Shown here one piece after another: positions 8,874 through 18,365 of a stretch of DNA of 58,559 nt (position 1 is its first letter; each line of letters begins with the position of its first letter). The translations under genes were made by a program, and so were the position numbers. The notes beneath the pieces were generated by a model. That model saw only the letters and a list, made by a program, of their open reading frames with translations. It was not told where the DNA came from and ran no database searches. The stretch is from the IMG/VR virus record IMGVR_UViG_3300017719_000001, one strand, 5' to 3'. The DNA comes from an uncultured virus (IMG/VR IMGVR_UViG_3300017719_000001) (Duplodnaviria; Heunggongvirae; Uroviricota; Caudoviricetes).

Positions 8874-10265
8874 CTATATTTTGAATTCAGCAAACGTGTC
8901 TTTGTTTTCTCGGTCTCCCCACGTTGCTATTGGTTTATCGGGAACAGAATCTGATACCAAATCCTGTTGCGCCGATTCTTCTACATCATATAATTTCATG
9001 CGGGAACGATCAATACCAACTACAAATCTCTTATATTTGGTAGGATCATTATACCTATTTTTCAATTGTTTTACCATTATCTGGCCTAATTCTTCTAGTT
9101 CCTCTGTTGAAATAAGAGCAAACATTAAATCAGCCGTGGCAGGCAAACCAAATGATTCCGACGTATCCTCAAGGCCGACATCAGTATTACTGAAACCAGA
9201 CCTAGTGGTCTGTGTTGCCGACACAATCGGTACATTAAACTCTACAGCAAGGCCACGAAGTTCTTCAGCAATGGCTTTAATGTAGGTGTAACTATTTATA
9301 CTTCCACCCATACCTTTCATACGCGAAGAGGCACAAATATTAAGGTAATCTATGTAAATTATGTCAGGTTTAAAGTTTTTCTTCATTTTCAGCTCATTTA
9401 GAAGAGCTCTAAAGTGTCCTGTATGCGCTGCACCAGTAGGATATTCCTTAATAATAAGTTTACCGATAGACGCTTTTGCAATATTAGCAATCTTGTCATT
9501 GAAAACATTCTCTGGTAATCTTTCAAGTTGCTCGATAGGCAAGTCCATTAAGTTAGCATCAATACGTTCAGCAATTCTTTCTTCTGCCATTTCCATAGTA
9601 ATATATAAAACATTTTTACCTTGTTGCAGAATAGAAGCAGCACAATGACACATAAATAATGATTTACCTACACCAGTTCCTGCAAGAGCAATGTTTAGTG
9701 TTTTATTAGGCAAACCACCCTTTGTAATTTTATTAAAGTAATCTAAATCAAATGGTGTTCTGTGTTCTTTAGTGTTATAAAATTCAAAACGCTCTTCGGA
9801 ATTATCAATATAATCATGTCCGATAGCTTGGTCAAATGATACACCCAGAGCATCTGATAGAATTTCTGGGATAGCACCATCTGTTTTTGAGCTGTCTTGA
9901 CCATCAATGATTTGAATAGAATCCATGATAGCATTATATACTGCTCTATCACGACACCACTTCTCAGATTCCTTAACAAGATATTCAGTATCAACGTCTG
10001 ACTTTACAGATATTTCACCAATCAGCTGATTTGCACTATTCAGAAGTTCCTCTGGCGCACTCAGCTTTCTTAGTTCAAGTTGCAATATTTTAGATGTGGG
10101 CAACTTGTTAGTCTGTTGAACAAACTGTACTATCATATCAAATACAGTTTTATGTGAACCTTCGAAATACTCTTTTTTGATGTAAGGTATTACCCTACGG
10201 CAATACTCCTCGTTATTGAGGAGATGATTCAGTATGTGCGTCGGTAGTTGATTTGATATTTCCAA
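8874..10265 (-). CDS. 41: Replicative DNA helicase gp41
   Basis: Walker A AGTGVGKS, YITMEMAE, IDYLNI, SESFGLPATAD, KQLKNRY. Confidence 0.97.
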   Translation of the reverse strand: MEISNQLPTHILNHLLNNEEYCRRVIPYIKKEYFEGSHKTVFDMIVQFVQQTNKLPTSKILQLELRKLSAPEELLNSANQLIGEISVKSDVDTEYLVKESEKWCRDRAVYNAIMDSIQIIDGQDSSKTDGAIPEILSDALGVSFDQAIGHDYIDNSEERFEFYNTKEHRTPFDLDYFNKITKGGLPNKTLNIALAGTGVGKSLFMCHCAASILQQGKNVLYITMEMAEERIAERIDANLMDLPIEQLERLPENVFNDKIANIAKASIGKLIIKEYPTGAAHTGHFRALLNELKMKKNFKPDIIYIDYLNICASSRMKGMGGSINSYTYIKAIAEELRGLAVEFNVPIVSATQTTRSGFSNTDVGLEDTSESFGLPATADLMFALISTEELEELGQIMVKQLKNRYNDPTKYKRFVVGIDRSRMKLYDVEESAQQDLVSDSVPDKPIATWGDRENKDTFAEFKI

Positions 10266-10569
10266 TTGTTGCCTCTTTATTTTCTAAGCTGTCTTGAATA
10301 AAATATTCCAAAACTGCGCCTAAATAATTATTAAAATCTTCATCACTTTGTAAAAACTCTAAGTCAAAATCTGCTGGATCCTGAATAGCATATGTAAACG
10401 ATAATTTAGCTTCATCCGTGTCTAGTTCTTGTACAGATACCTTGCCATAAATAACAATGATGTTTCTGTATTTACCACTTGTAAGTTTAACACCATAAAA
10501 TTCTGCAAAGTCACTATCGCCGTCGTTTTCTACAAGTTTAAAGTCTTTGTCCGTTATATTATAACCCAT
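10213..10569 (-). CDS. 40: gp40-like head vertex assembly chaperone
   Basis: Lies between uvsX and 41 as in T4; acidic, similar size. Confidence 0.6.
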   Translation of the reverse strand: MGYNITDKDFKLVENDGDSDFAEFYGVKLTSGKYRNIIVIYGKVSVQELDTDEAKLSFTYAIQDPADFDLEFLQSDEDFNNYLGAVLEYFIQDSLENKEATIGNIKSTTDAHTESSPQ

Positions 10570-10570
10570 T

Positions 10571-11626
10571 TTATCCCTCTTGTAAAGTGCTTTCTAAATC
10601 AATTTCTAACATTGGTTTATGGCCGATAGAATAGTGAGCTTTTAGGAATTCTGCAAAGTTAGTATCTGCAAAGATTGGTTCCCAAAATTCAGCAGTAAGT
10701 GTTTCCTTTTCTCTTACCTTACCTTCCATCTGCTCACCTGTAGTTTGGTCAACTTTTGAATACCAACCCATTGAAGGTTTGGTAACATAACCACCTGCAA
10801 GAGCAACTTCAAGAAGGCCTGAGTATTTCTCAATACCACCTTCCCAGCTGACTGTTACTGGAATCTTAGATTTTTCTTTTACAAACCTAGATTTTTCTAC
10901 ATTAATAACAAAGTCATATCCTTTAACTTCTGTGCCTTTCTTATTCTGTCTACGGCCTAGAATCCAGATATTATCGGCAGAATAATAAATGCCTGTGCCA
11001 CCTGATACGATTGCTTTAGGAAATAGACCCATTTCTTGGTACGTATGGTTAACAGCAAGTAAAGGGATATTCTTCATAGTTAAATAAGGAGTGACCATTC
11101 GGAATAGTCCCTTTAATGCTTTAGCTCTACTCATATCGGCAACTGATTTCTCATTCAAAGCATCTTCTAGTTCTTTCTTAGATGCAAGGTTACCAATAGA
11201 GTCAATGACTACAATAACTTTATCTTTGCGTTCGATGTTATCCAACTGACCAACTAGATCAAATTTTAGTTGTTCTACATCAGTAATAGGAGTGTGTAAT
11301 ACTCTAGATGTATCAATGCCAAATGATTCAAAATATGATTGGGGTGAACCAAACTCAGAATCATAGAAAAGCATAACAGCGTCTTTATGTTCTTTCATAT
11401 AGGCACCAGCCATAAGTAAAGCAAAACTTGTTTTAAAGTGTTTACTAGGCCCAGCCAAAACTGTAAGTCCAGCAGTTAAACCACCATTAACATCACCTGA
11501 TAAGGCAATATTAATCATAGGAACATCTGTCTTACACATATCTTTTTCTGTGAAGTAAATAGAATCTTCTAGAACATCTGTTCCTTTAATTTTACTATTC
11601 TTCTTTAATTTATCCATTACTGACAT
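10571..11626 (-). CDS. uvsX: RecA-like recombinase UvsX
   Basis: GPSKHFKT, YDSEFG, IDSIGNLASKKE, SGGTG. Confidence 0.97.
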   Translation of the reverse strand: MSVMDKLKKNSKIKGTDVLEDSIYFTEKDMCKTDVPMINIALSGDVNGGLTAGLTVLAGPSKHFKTSFALLMAGAYMKEHKDAVMLFYDSEFGSPQSYFESFGIDTSRVLHTPITDVEQLKFDLVGQLDNIERKDKVIVVIDSIGNLASKKELEDALNEKSVADMSRAKALKGLFRMVTPYLTMKNIPLLAVNHTYQEMGLFPKAIVSGGTGIYYSADNIWILGRRQNKKGTEVKGYDFVINVEKSRFVKEKSKIPVTVSWEGGIEKYSGLLEVALAGGYVTKPSMGWYSKVDQTTGEQMEGKVREKETLTAEFWEPIFADTNFAEFLKAHYSIGHKPMLEIDLESTLQEG

Positions 11627-11895
11627 TATTTTCTTCTCCTCGGTGATTTACCACCACCATTCATTTGCATTTGTCTTTCTTGCTTTCTCCATCTGGAAAT
11701 GGCCTCTGCTTTTTTACGTTTTCTTTTGGCAGTAGGCTTTTCATAAAATTCCTTCTCCCTTACTTTCTGTAGAGTTCCAGCTCTTTCTACAGCTTTCCTA
11801 AATTTTCTTAGAGCTATATCAAAAGGCATTTCCCTAGGCGGTCTCTTGTCCTTTTTATTTCTATTTGGCCTTGGCCTTAAATCTATACTTGGCAT
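11626..11895 (-). CDS. rpsU: Ribosomal protein bS21
   Basis: [17 protein letters not shown]...[20 protein letters not shown]. Confidence 0.92.
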   Translation of the reverse strand: MPSIDLRPRPNRNKKDKRPPREMPFDIALRKFRKAVERAGTLQKVREKEFYEKPTAKRKRKKAEAISRWRKQERQMQMNGGGKSPRRRK

Positions 11896-11917
11896 ACTTT
11901 CTCCTAATTATTAGTAT

Positions 11918-11947
11918 ATTATATCACATTCCGTGTGAAATGTAAAC
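11918..11947 (-). promoter_or_regulatory. Early sigma70-type promoter for rpsU-uvsX
   Basis: GTTTACA-17-TATAAT with extended -10 TG. Confidence 0.75.
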
Positions 11948-11949
11948 CA

Positions 11950-12378
11950 TTATTTTCTTTCATTTTCAGAAATAACTACTCGTTTTCTTAGATCACTTGT
12001 AGAAAACCTATGGTCTCTTTTATTGAAATAGAACTCAATGTCTCTTTGTCGGCATAAATCTTTGCCTGTAAATTCTAGATCACGATATTCTTCTCCCATA
12101 ATCTTAACATCTATTTGATACATTCCAAGAATATCAAGAAGTTCCTTCTCTGTATTATATACTAAAATTTCATCAACATAGCTAATAGCAGCTAGTTGTG
12201 CCTGTCTTTCAACAATGTTTTGTACGGGTTGGTTCTTTTCAGGTCTATCAACTGATGGATCATTTTGTAAAGCACAAATAAGATAATCACACTGAGTCTT
12301 TGCTTCTCTTAACATAGCAACATGACCAGAATGAAGTAAATCAAATGTGCTACAGGTAATACCCACTCTATTAGACAT
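11950..12378 (-). CDS. Glycerol-3-phosphate cytidylyltransferase-like (TagD family)
   Basis: STFDLLHSGH, YVDEI, RDHRFSTSDLR. Confidence 0.85.
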   Translation of the reverse strand: MSNRVGITCSTFDLLHSGHVAMLREAKTQCDYLICALQNDPSVDRPEKNQPVQNIVERQAQLAAISYVDEILVYNTEKELLDILGMYQIDVKIMGEEYRDLEFTGKDLCRQRDIEFYFNKRDHRFSTSDLRKRVVISENERK

Positions 12379-12937
12379 TATCTAGCTTCTCCTGATATTC
12401 TTCAAGCGACTTGGCAAGAAAGAGTTCTTTCAGGTCTTTGATAATATCGAGCCCTTGTTTTGAGGTTAAATATTCTGCTTCGGCTAAGATGTTATCATAT
12501 TTACCATCAATTCCACCTGAAGCAGTTTTCCATGCAAACCTAAAACCAAATTGATTTTCAAATTCTTTATGCAATGAGTTTTCTAATTCGGTAGATGTGT
12601 CCTCATTCTCGGTAATTAAATACCTAATAACAACATCTTTTTCTCTACATAAATCATTACTGTCAATATAGCGTCTGACTCCATGTCTGCCCTTAGGTGC
12701 ACGAATACCACCAGTTCTACCTATAACATCCTTTGCTTTACCATTATATCCAATAGCTTCGTGGACAATATTGTCCCCAATATCTTCAATATCTTTTGTT
12801 AAAGCAGTCTGATAGCATCCTGGGATTTTACCACCGACGCCATGTTGCTTTACAAATTCCTTCCAAGTGGAACTGTTGGTACTTGGTATCCAAGAAATAG
12901 GGTACCATTCGCTTTTACTTTTAATCAATTCATTCAT
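12371..12937 (-). CDS. Divergent GIY-YIG-like protein
   Basis: PGCY...IGYNGKAKDVIGR...ELENSLH resembles the GIY-YIG-R-E arrangement. Confidence 0.45.
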   Translation of the reverse strand: MNELIKSKSEWYPISWIPSTNSSTWKEFVKQHGVGGKIPGCYQTALTKDIEDIGDNIVHEAIGYNGKAKDVIGRTGGIRAPKGRHGVRRYIDSNDLCREKDVVIRYLITENEDTSTELENSLHKEFENQFGFRFAWKTASGGIDGKYDNILAEAEYLTSKQGLDIIKDLKELFLAKSLEEYQEKLDNV

Positions 12938-12965
12938 AATAAACTCCAATTTTCAAATATAATAT

Positions 12966-12995
12966 ATTATAACACAATCTAACTGTATTGTAAAC
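12966..12995 (-). promoter_or_regulatory. Early sigma70-type promoter
   Basis: GTTTACA-17-TATAAT overlapping the end of the nuclease gene. Confidence 0.7.
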
Positions 12996-13392
12996 CGGTT
13001 TCTGCAAGTTTTTTACGGTTATTCATGTGATGTTCTTCTGTTAAATCCTTAGAGTCTCCATAGTATGGGACTGCATGGAACTCGTCAATCATTTGCTGAT
13101 TAACACTTACTGCATTATCTCCAATAAAAAGTTCACCTAGGATTCTCCCAAACTTACCTTTATCATGTGATACCAGTTTAACATCTTGACCTTCTAGTTT
13201 TTCTACTAAGTGAGCTTTACTCGCCTTACCATAAAACTTTTCTTCTAGGTCTCTAGTTCGTGATTCAGGTGTGTCAATACCCATCATTCTCACTCTTTGT
13301 TTTTTATAAATCATACCAAAGCCTAAATCAACGTCAACATCAATAGTGTCTCCGTCTACAACTCTGGTAACCTCTACTTTATAAGTATACAT
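12979..13392 (-). CDS. Thermonuclease (SNase-like)
   Basis: RVVDGDT, RVRMMGIDTPE, GKFGRILG. Confidence 0.92.
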   Translation of the reverse strand: MYTYKVEVTRVVDGDTIDVDVDLGFGMIYKKQRVRMMGIDTPESRTRDLEEKFYGKASKAHLVEKLEGQDVKLVSHDKGKFGRILGELFIGDNAVSVNQQMIDEFHAVPYYGDSKDLTEEHHMNNRKKLAETGLQYS

Positions 13393-13400
13393 TTTTTCTC

Positions 13401-13652
13401 CTATAATACTGCTTTAATAAATAGCATATCAACAATAACAGCAGGGTTGCCATCTACATCAACTGGCATAGACTTGGACCAATCCAAAAATACTCTATCG
13501 CCTTTCTGTATATGCTTAGCTTCTGGGCCAGTTGCTAAAACTAAACCAGGCTTAGCAGCCTTACTTGTTTCTCCTGTTAAAATAATACCACCAGCAGTTG
13601 TTTCTTCTTTTGATGTCTCTGCAATTAAGACATTCGTACCAATCATCTTCAT
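13401..13652 (-). CDS. groES: GroES-like co-chaperonin
   Basis: EETTAGGIIL mobile loop, GLVLATGP, KGDRV. Confidence 0.88.
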   Translation of the reverse strand: MKMIGTNVLIAETSKEETTAGGIILTGETSKAAKPGLVLATGPEAKHIQKGDRVFLDWSKSMPVDVDGNPAVIVDMLFIKAVL

Positions 13653-13660
13653 AAAAGTTC

Positions 13661-14203
13661 CTATTTGTAAAAAATATGTTCGTCTATAGTTGTAACATAT
13701 TCAAGTTCATCTGCCCAATAAGGCAGTATATAATCGGCATGATACCATAAAGCACCTTCCGTAATGTCAGGATAAGTACTTGTTAAAACCATTTCGGCAA
13801 TAATAAGTGATTTAGCCCATGTTTTTGAGTCCACAGGTTCATCTGATAACCCATCACAGTACCAACTAAATTGACATTTATTCCTGATAGGAACTTCATT
13901 GCCCTTCCAATTAATTTTCGTGTAGCCTTGATACACTACATCACAGATAGTATCTGGAAATTGTGTATCCATAACTCTATTTATAACTACATGAGATACT
14001 GCAAGTTTTCCTGCAAAGGATTGATTTGCTGCTTCAAAATAAATGTTTTTGGCCAGGCAGACTTTATCTTGATCTGCTGGTAAGGGGATATAGTGTCCGT
14101 GGAATGAATAAAATTCTTCGTCTCCTGTATCAGCTGCTACTGTTGCTACTAATACAAACCAAAAGAATAAAATTGCTTGTAGTGTTAAGATTAAATATTT
14201 CAT
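13661..14203 (-). CDS. Cell wall hydrolase (SleB/Hydrolase_2)
   Basis: CLAKNIYFEA, VVINRV...FPDTICDVVYQ, CQFSWYCDG, HIFY; signal peptide. Confidence 0.92.
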   Translation of the reverse strand: MKYLILTLQAILFFWFVLVATVAADTGDEEFYSFHGHYIPLPADQDKVCLAKNIYFEAANQSFAGKLAVSHVVINRVMDTQFPDTICDVVYQGYTKINWKGNEVPIRNKCQFSWYCDGLSDEPVDSKTWAKSLIIAEMVLTSTYPDITEGALWYHADYILPYWADELEYVTTIDEHIFYK

Positions 14204-15054
14204 ATCTGACTCCTAATATAATCTCTTAAATCTTTCTCAGCAGACCAGCCGAGAGCTTTTAATTTGTCTGTTTTTAATTCACCATCCATTCTGTTACCAG
14301 GCTTTTCAGGTTTCATTTCTGGTTCACAACCTAGCATATCAACTAGGTCCAGAATGGAATATTTATAATCATTACCAATTCCATAACCATCTCCGTTACC
14401 TCTAAAGCCTGCAAGCATTAAGCCAGAGACAATATCATCAACGTGAGTGAAATTTCTTAATTGAGTTCCAGGCGAAGTGACTGGAAGTGGATCGTCTGAA
14501 AACATAGCTTTATCTATGAATTTCTGAACCACTGTAGCATATTTACCAGTACCTTTCTCACCCTTACCATAAACATTATAAAAATACACAATACTATACT
14601 CAAGTCCATACCATTCAGCAAAGTTTTTAAGTAGTTCGGTATTTTGAGCTTTAGTAAAAGCATAAGGACTCTGTGCACTACCAACTTCACCTACTGCAAA
14701 TTTAGTAGATGAGCCAGAGTAAATAAATTTAGCATTCTTTTCTTTTGCAAATTTGAGCATTAGTGGAAATGTTGTTAAATTATAATCCATAACTATATCG
14801 AGATCTTCAAATGATTGCTCTACTCTAGCATATTCTCCTAAATGGAAAATATAATCAAATTCTTTCTCTGCCATATTAGATTGTCTAATGAATTTACAAT
14901 CTTGAATCCAATAATCAACTGCAGGATGTCTTGGATTATCACTACTATTAAAGTGATTATCAACCGAAGTTACTTTATGGCCAAGATCAGCCAAAGTATG
15001 AACTAAATGAGAACCAACTAAGCCCTCTCCTCCTGTTACTAAAATATTACTCAT
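14200..15054 (-). CDS. NAD-dependent nucleotide-sugar epimerase/dehydratase
   Basis: VTGGEGLVG, SPYAFTK (YxxxK), FYNVYG, RNFTHVDD. Confidence 0.9.
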   Translation of the reverse strand: MSNILVTGGEGLVGSHLVHTLADLGHKVTSVDNHFNSSDNPRHPAVDYWIQDCKFIRQSNMAEKEFDYIFHLGEYARVEQSFEDLDIVMDYNLTTFPLMLKFAKEKNAKFIYSGSSTKFAVGEVGSAQSPYAFTKAQNTELLKNFAEWYGLEYSIVYFYNVYGKGEKGTGKYATVVQKFIDKAMFSDDPLPVTSPGTQLRNFTHVDDIVSGLMLAGFRGNGDGYGIGNDYKYSILDLVDMLGCEPEMKPEKPGNRMDGELKTDKLKALGWSAEKDLRDYIRSQI

Positions 15055-16238
15055 TAATTATCTCCAAATACATCTCTTGTATACACTTTATCTTTAACAT
15101 CATTTAAGCATTTCTCCATTCTATTAGTTACAATCACATCACTTAACTTCTTAAACTTATTTAGATCACTTTCAACCACACAGTTCATAAATTCGCCGTC
15201 AAAACCAAATTCCGGCTCGTGAATAATTACTTTACAATGTGGAGTTAGACGCTCGATAATACCTTGAATTGCTGAACTTCTAAAGTTATCTGATCCACTT
15301 TTCATAATCAATCTATGAATACCTACAATTTTAGGATTATTATGTAGTATTTGATTTGCAATATGATCCATTCTTATATCATTTGAATACACCACAGAAC
15401 TAATAAGTCTATTAGGTATTCTGTTTTCTTTATAATTAGCTAGTAGCTGTTTAGTATCTTTAGGGAAACAATAGCCACCATAACCAAAACTAGGATTACA
15501 ATAGTGTTTACCAATCCTTGAATCACCAACAACACCTTCAATAATTTGTTTTGTATCTAGTTTATGAAATTCAGCAAAGGTATCTAGTTCATTAAAAAAT
15601 GCCACACGCATAGCAAGGTAGCCGTTAGCAAATAATTTAACTGATTCTGCTTCTCTATTGCCACAATAGGTAACTGGTGGCATTGGAAAGTTTTGAATGA
15701 TGGAATCATACATTAATTCTACCCAATCAACTCCTGCCTGGTCTTGATTACCTACTACAATTCTTTCAGGTCGTAAGCAATCCCTAAGTGCACTACCTTC
15801 TCTTAAAAATTCTGGAGAGAAAAACACTCTGTCATTATTAAGTGAATCTACAAAGCCGATTGGAATAGTTGATTTAATCACGATATTAGTTTCTGATTTG
15901 TCCCAATCCACGTGGTTCCACATTGCCTCAGCAATGCAATCCTCGACAGTTTTAGTATTAAAATAATTAGTTTCTGTACAGTAATCTGTAGGAGTAGCAA
16001 TAATAACCCAGTCAGGATTAGCATATGCCTTTCTCTTATCAGTAGTTGCAACTAGATTGAGTTTATCCTTTTCAAATGAATCAATAATATTAGCATCAAT
16101 AAGAGGTGAAATTCTGTTATTAATTTTTTCTACTCTATCTCCGTCAATATCTAAAATTGTAACTTCATTGTGTTTGGCCAGCATGGTAGCGTTGGCTAAA
16201 CCAACATAACCTGAACCTACTACAGTAATTTTTTTCAT
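15054..16238 (-). CDS. ugd: UDP-glucose 6-dehydrogenase
   Basis: GSGYVG, IKSTIP, SPEFLREG, GYGGYCFPKD, KVYTRD. Confidence 0.95.
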   Translation of the reverse strand: MKKITVVGSGYVGLANATMLAKHNEVTILDIDGDRVEKINNRISPLIDANIIDSFEKDKLNLVATTDKRKAYANPDWVIIATPTDYCTETNYFNTKTVEDCIAEAMWNHVDWDKSETNIVIKSTIPIGFVDSLNNDRVFFSPEFLREGSALRDCLRPERIVVGNQDQAGVDWVELMYDSIIQNFPMPPVTYCGNREAESVKLFANGYLAMRVAFFNELDTFAEFHKLDTKQIIEGVVGDSRIGKHYCNPSFGYGGYCFPKDTKQLLANYKENRIPNRLISSVVYSNDIRMDHIANQILHNNPKIVGIHRLIMKSGSDNFRSSAIQGIIERLTPHCKVIIHEPEFGFDGEFMNCVVESDLNKFKKLSDVIVTNRMEKCLNDVKDKVYTRDVFGDN

Positions 16239-16247
16239 AATAATTCC

Positions 16248-17159
16248 TTAAAAAGTATTCTTGTAAACATATTCCAGGGCTCTCTCTGCCTCTGTATCTA
16301 AATTTCTTTTTTCATACCAGTTGCCAGTTTCTAGGTCTAGTTCACGACACAGGTATGCAATTTCTTTTGCATTAATTGGATATTTAGCCTGTATAGCATT
16401 ACCAGCCAAAGCAACCATGATCTGATACATCTTGTGGTACCAACCAGTACCAGATATTGTTTTATATTCTTTTTCTAGCTTTCTAGGGAAGAATGGGCAA
16501 TCTCTGTAACCAGTCCACTTAACACTAGTATTATTTAGATTATTTTTTAAGTGGGACATCATAGCTTCTTGCATTTTCTTTGGAAGTTTATCAAACATCG
16601 TGTTACCACTTGGTTCTACATATTCCCATTTATTCATTAATTCAATAGGGTCAACTCTAGGTCCTTCATTTGTAAATATAAAATTATTAGCATCTTTATA
16701 TTTGCCTGGGATATAATACATACGAGATAAATCTTTTGTCTGAATATCTCCAACTTCACCCAACTCTTTATTTATAGCAAACCAGAAGTGTTTAATTTTA
16801 TCTTTACTAATTGATTTGGTAAGAGGAAATACAAGTCGGAATTTGGGTTGTTCATCAGTTGATGATGCTGTAGAGTAGCACACATAATAATAGTCGCTGA
16901 CTTTATAATCACTAATATCACCTTGATAATCGTCTACATCTACAGCACACCAGCCTCCCCAAGCAGTAACATTGTCGTTCTTTCGTGTTGTACCTGGTAG
17001 GTAAACAGCGGGCGACATTAGTTCTGCATCCTTCTTGCCTTTCCTTGGTTTCTTAGCCAGATTGTAAAGCACTTGTTCGAAATGCTCGAAATCCGGCAAA
17101 CTAATTTGTTTGTCGGTCTTAGTGTCAAATAATGACTCGAAAAGAGTACCTTTAATCAT
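16248..17159 (-). CDS. Primase-like protein (AEP/Prim-Pol-related)
   Basis: AVDVDD (DxD), YSTASS...PKFRLVFPL, DLSRMYYIP. Confidence 0.65.
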   Translation of the reverse strand: MIKGTLFESLFDTKTDKQISLPDFEHFEQVLYNLAKKPRKGKKDAELMSPAVYLPGTTRKNDNVTAWGGWCAVDVDDYQGDISDYKVSDYYYVCYSTASSTDEQPKFRLVFPLTKSISKDKIKHFWFAINKELGEVGDIQTKDLSRMYYIPGKYKDANNFIFTNEGPRVDPIELMNKWEYVEPSGNTMFDKLPKKMQEAMMSHLKNNLNNTSVKWTGYRDCPFFPRKLEKEYKTISGTGWYHKMYQIMVALAGNAIQAKYPINAKEIAYLCRELDLETGNWYEKRNLDTEAERALEYVYKNTF

Positions 17160-17168
17160 AATATAAGT

Positions 17169-17198
17169 ATTATATCACATATTGTCGGGATTGTAAAC
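17169..17198 (-). promoter_or_regulatory. Early sigma70-type promoter
   Basis: GTTTACA-17-TATAAT. Confidence 0.75.
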
Positions 17199-17205
17199 CC
17201 CTAAG

Positions 17206-18051
17206 TTAAAAAAAATCTGATAAATTATTTCCATTTAAATCTATCTTCTGGCCGATCGGCATATGAGTATATCGTTTCCATATACGAGATGGTTGTATCT
17301 TTACTCTGCCATATTGTTCTGTAATTTTAAAAGCACCTGGCCAATATTTCTGTAATCCTAATGAGCGTTTCATTCTCCACTCATTAGAGTTATCATTTCC
17401 ACCTGAATTGGTACTTGTAGTTTCCTTTCCTATACAGAATCTATTTAAGAGTAACGTGCAGTATTTTTGTTCTAAAACTTGTAAGCTATAGTCAGTATCT
17501 TCTACAACATCAGGTCTCCAATTAGCAAGTACTTGATTGTTTACTAATACACAGCTATAAACTTGTTTATTTACATCTACCTCATTGTCTCTAGCAAAGG
17601 CAAAACCAACATGACATAATCCTAGAATACCTATATTATCATATTCTCTTACATAAGTCTCTGACGCAGAGAGAATATTTTTAGCACTATATTTGACATT
17701 TTTATTATTAACTCTAATTCTAAAGTCTTTAATATTATCATCCATCTGCCAATGATATTCCCAATCGTTTTGAGCACTATGAATTTTGCAATAGTTTCTA
17801 ACATAATCAACCCCTTGGTTATCCATAGGAAGTTTAATCAATTGTTCTCTTGTAAAAACTTCTCTATAGCTGGTGTAATCCTGAGGTTCAACTACTATAA
17901 AGTACTTTAAACCAGCATCTTCTAGGGCTTGTGCAGTTGACTTTTTAGGTCTAGCTTTAGATGGAATGTAAATTGGATATTGAACCATATTATACGAATC
18001 AATATCGGCCAGTAACTTTTTTGCATTTTTCTCTAAAACTTCATGGGTCAT
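17206..18051 (-). CDS. GREB1/TAGT-like (TET-associated) glycosyltransferase 1
   Basis: YPIYIPSKAR, YHWQMDDNI, VYSCVL, EDTDYSLQVL, GG. Confidence 0.8.
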   Translation of the reverse strand: MTHEVLEKNAKKLLADIDSYNMVQYPIYIPSKARPKKSTAQALEDAGLKYFIVVEPQDYTSYREVFTREQLIKLPMDNQGVDYVRNYCKIHSAQNDWEYHWQMDDNIKDFRIRVNNKNVKYSAKNILSASETYVREYDNIGILGLCHVGFAFARDNEVDVNKQVYSCVLVNNQVLANWRPDVVEDTDYSLQVLEQKYCTLLLNRFCIGKETTSTNSGGNDNSNEWRMKRSLGLQKYWPGAFKITEQYGRVKIQPSRIWKRYTHMPIGQKIDLNGNNLSDFF

Positions 18052-18365
18052 TCTACAATCTCATCTACACTATCATCAATAGAATCTTCAGGCATATAAC
18101 GCAATAGACTATTTGCTTTCTTATCCAGCGGTGGATACCAAATTGCTTTAGTCTTTACAGTCATATTTAATTGCTCGATGACTTTGGCAAACTCCATAAG
18201 ATCTTCTTGGTTTCTAAATCTGACCTTTAATACCTTCCAAGCCTCAGCTTCTGGTTGATCGAATTCAGGCATACCATCCCAATCATAGGGTGTTGCTTCA
18301 TCTTCTTGACCTGTCATTACAAACAGATTTTCGGGTTGATAGTTTAGAGTTTTATTATTCCTCAT
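18048..18365 (-). CDS. Hypothetical protein between the TAGT genes
   Basis: WDGMPEFDQ...VRFRNQEDLMEF...TKAIWYP; overlaps both neighbours. Confidence 0.75.
   Translation of the reverse strand: MRNNKTLNYQPENLFVMTGQEDEATPYDWDGMPEFDQPEAEAWKVLKVRFRNQEDLMEFAKVIEQLNMTVKTKAIWYPPLDKKANSLLRYMPEDSIDDSVDEIVE

Noticed and set aside
12371..12937. Mobile homing endonuclease
   Set aside because: GIY-YIG similarity is weak and no NUMOD/HTH DNA-binding tail is evident; kept only as a low-confidence CDS call
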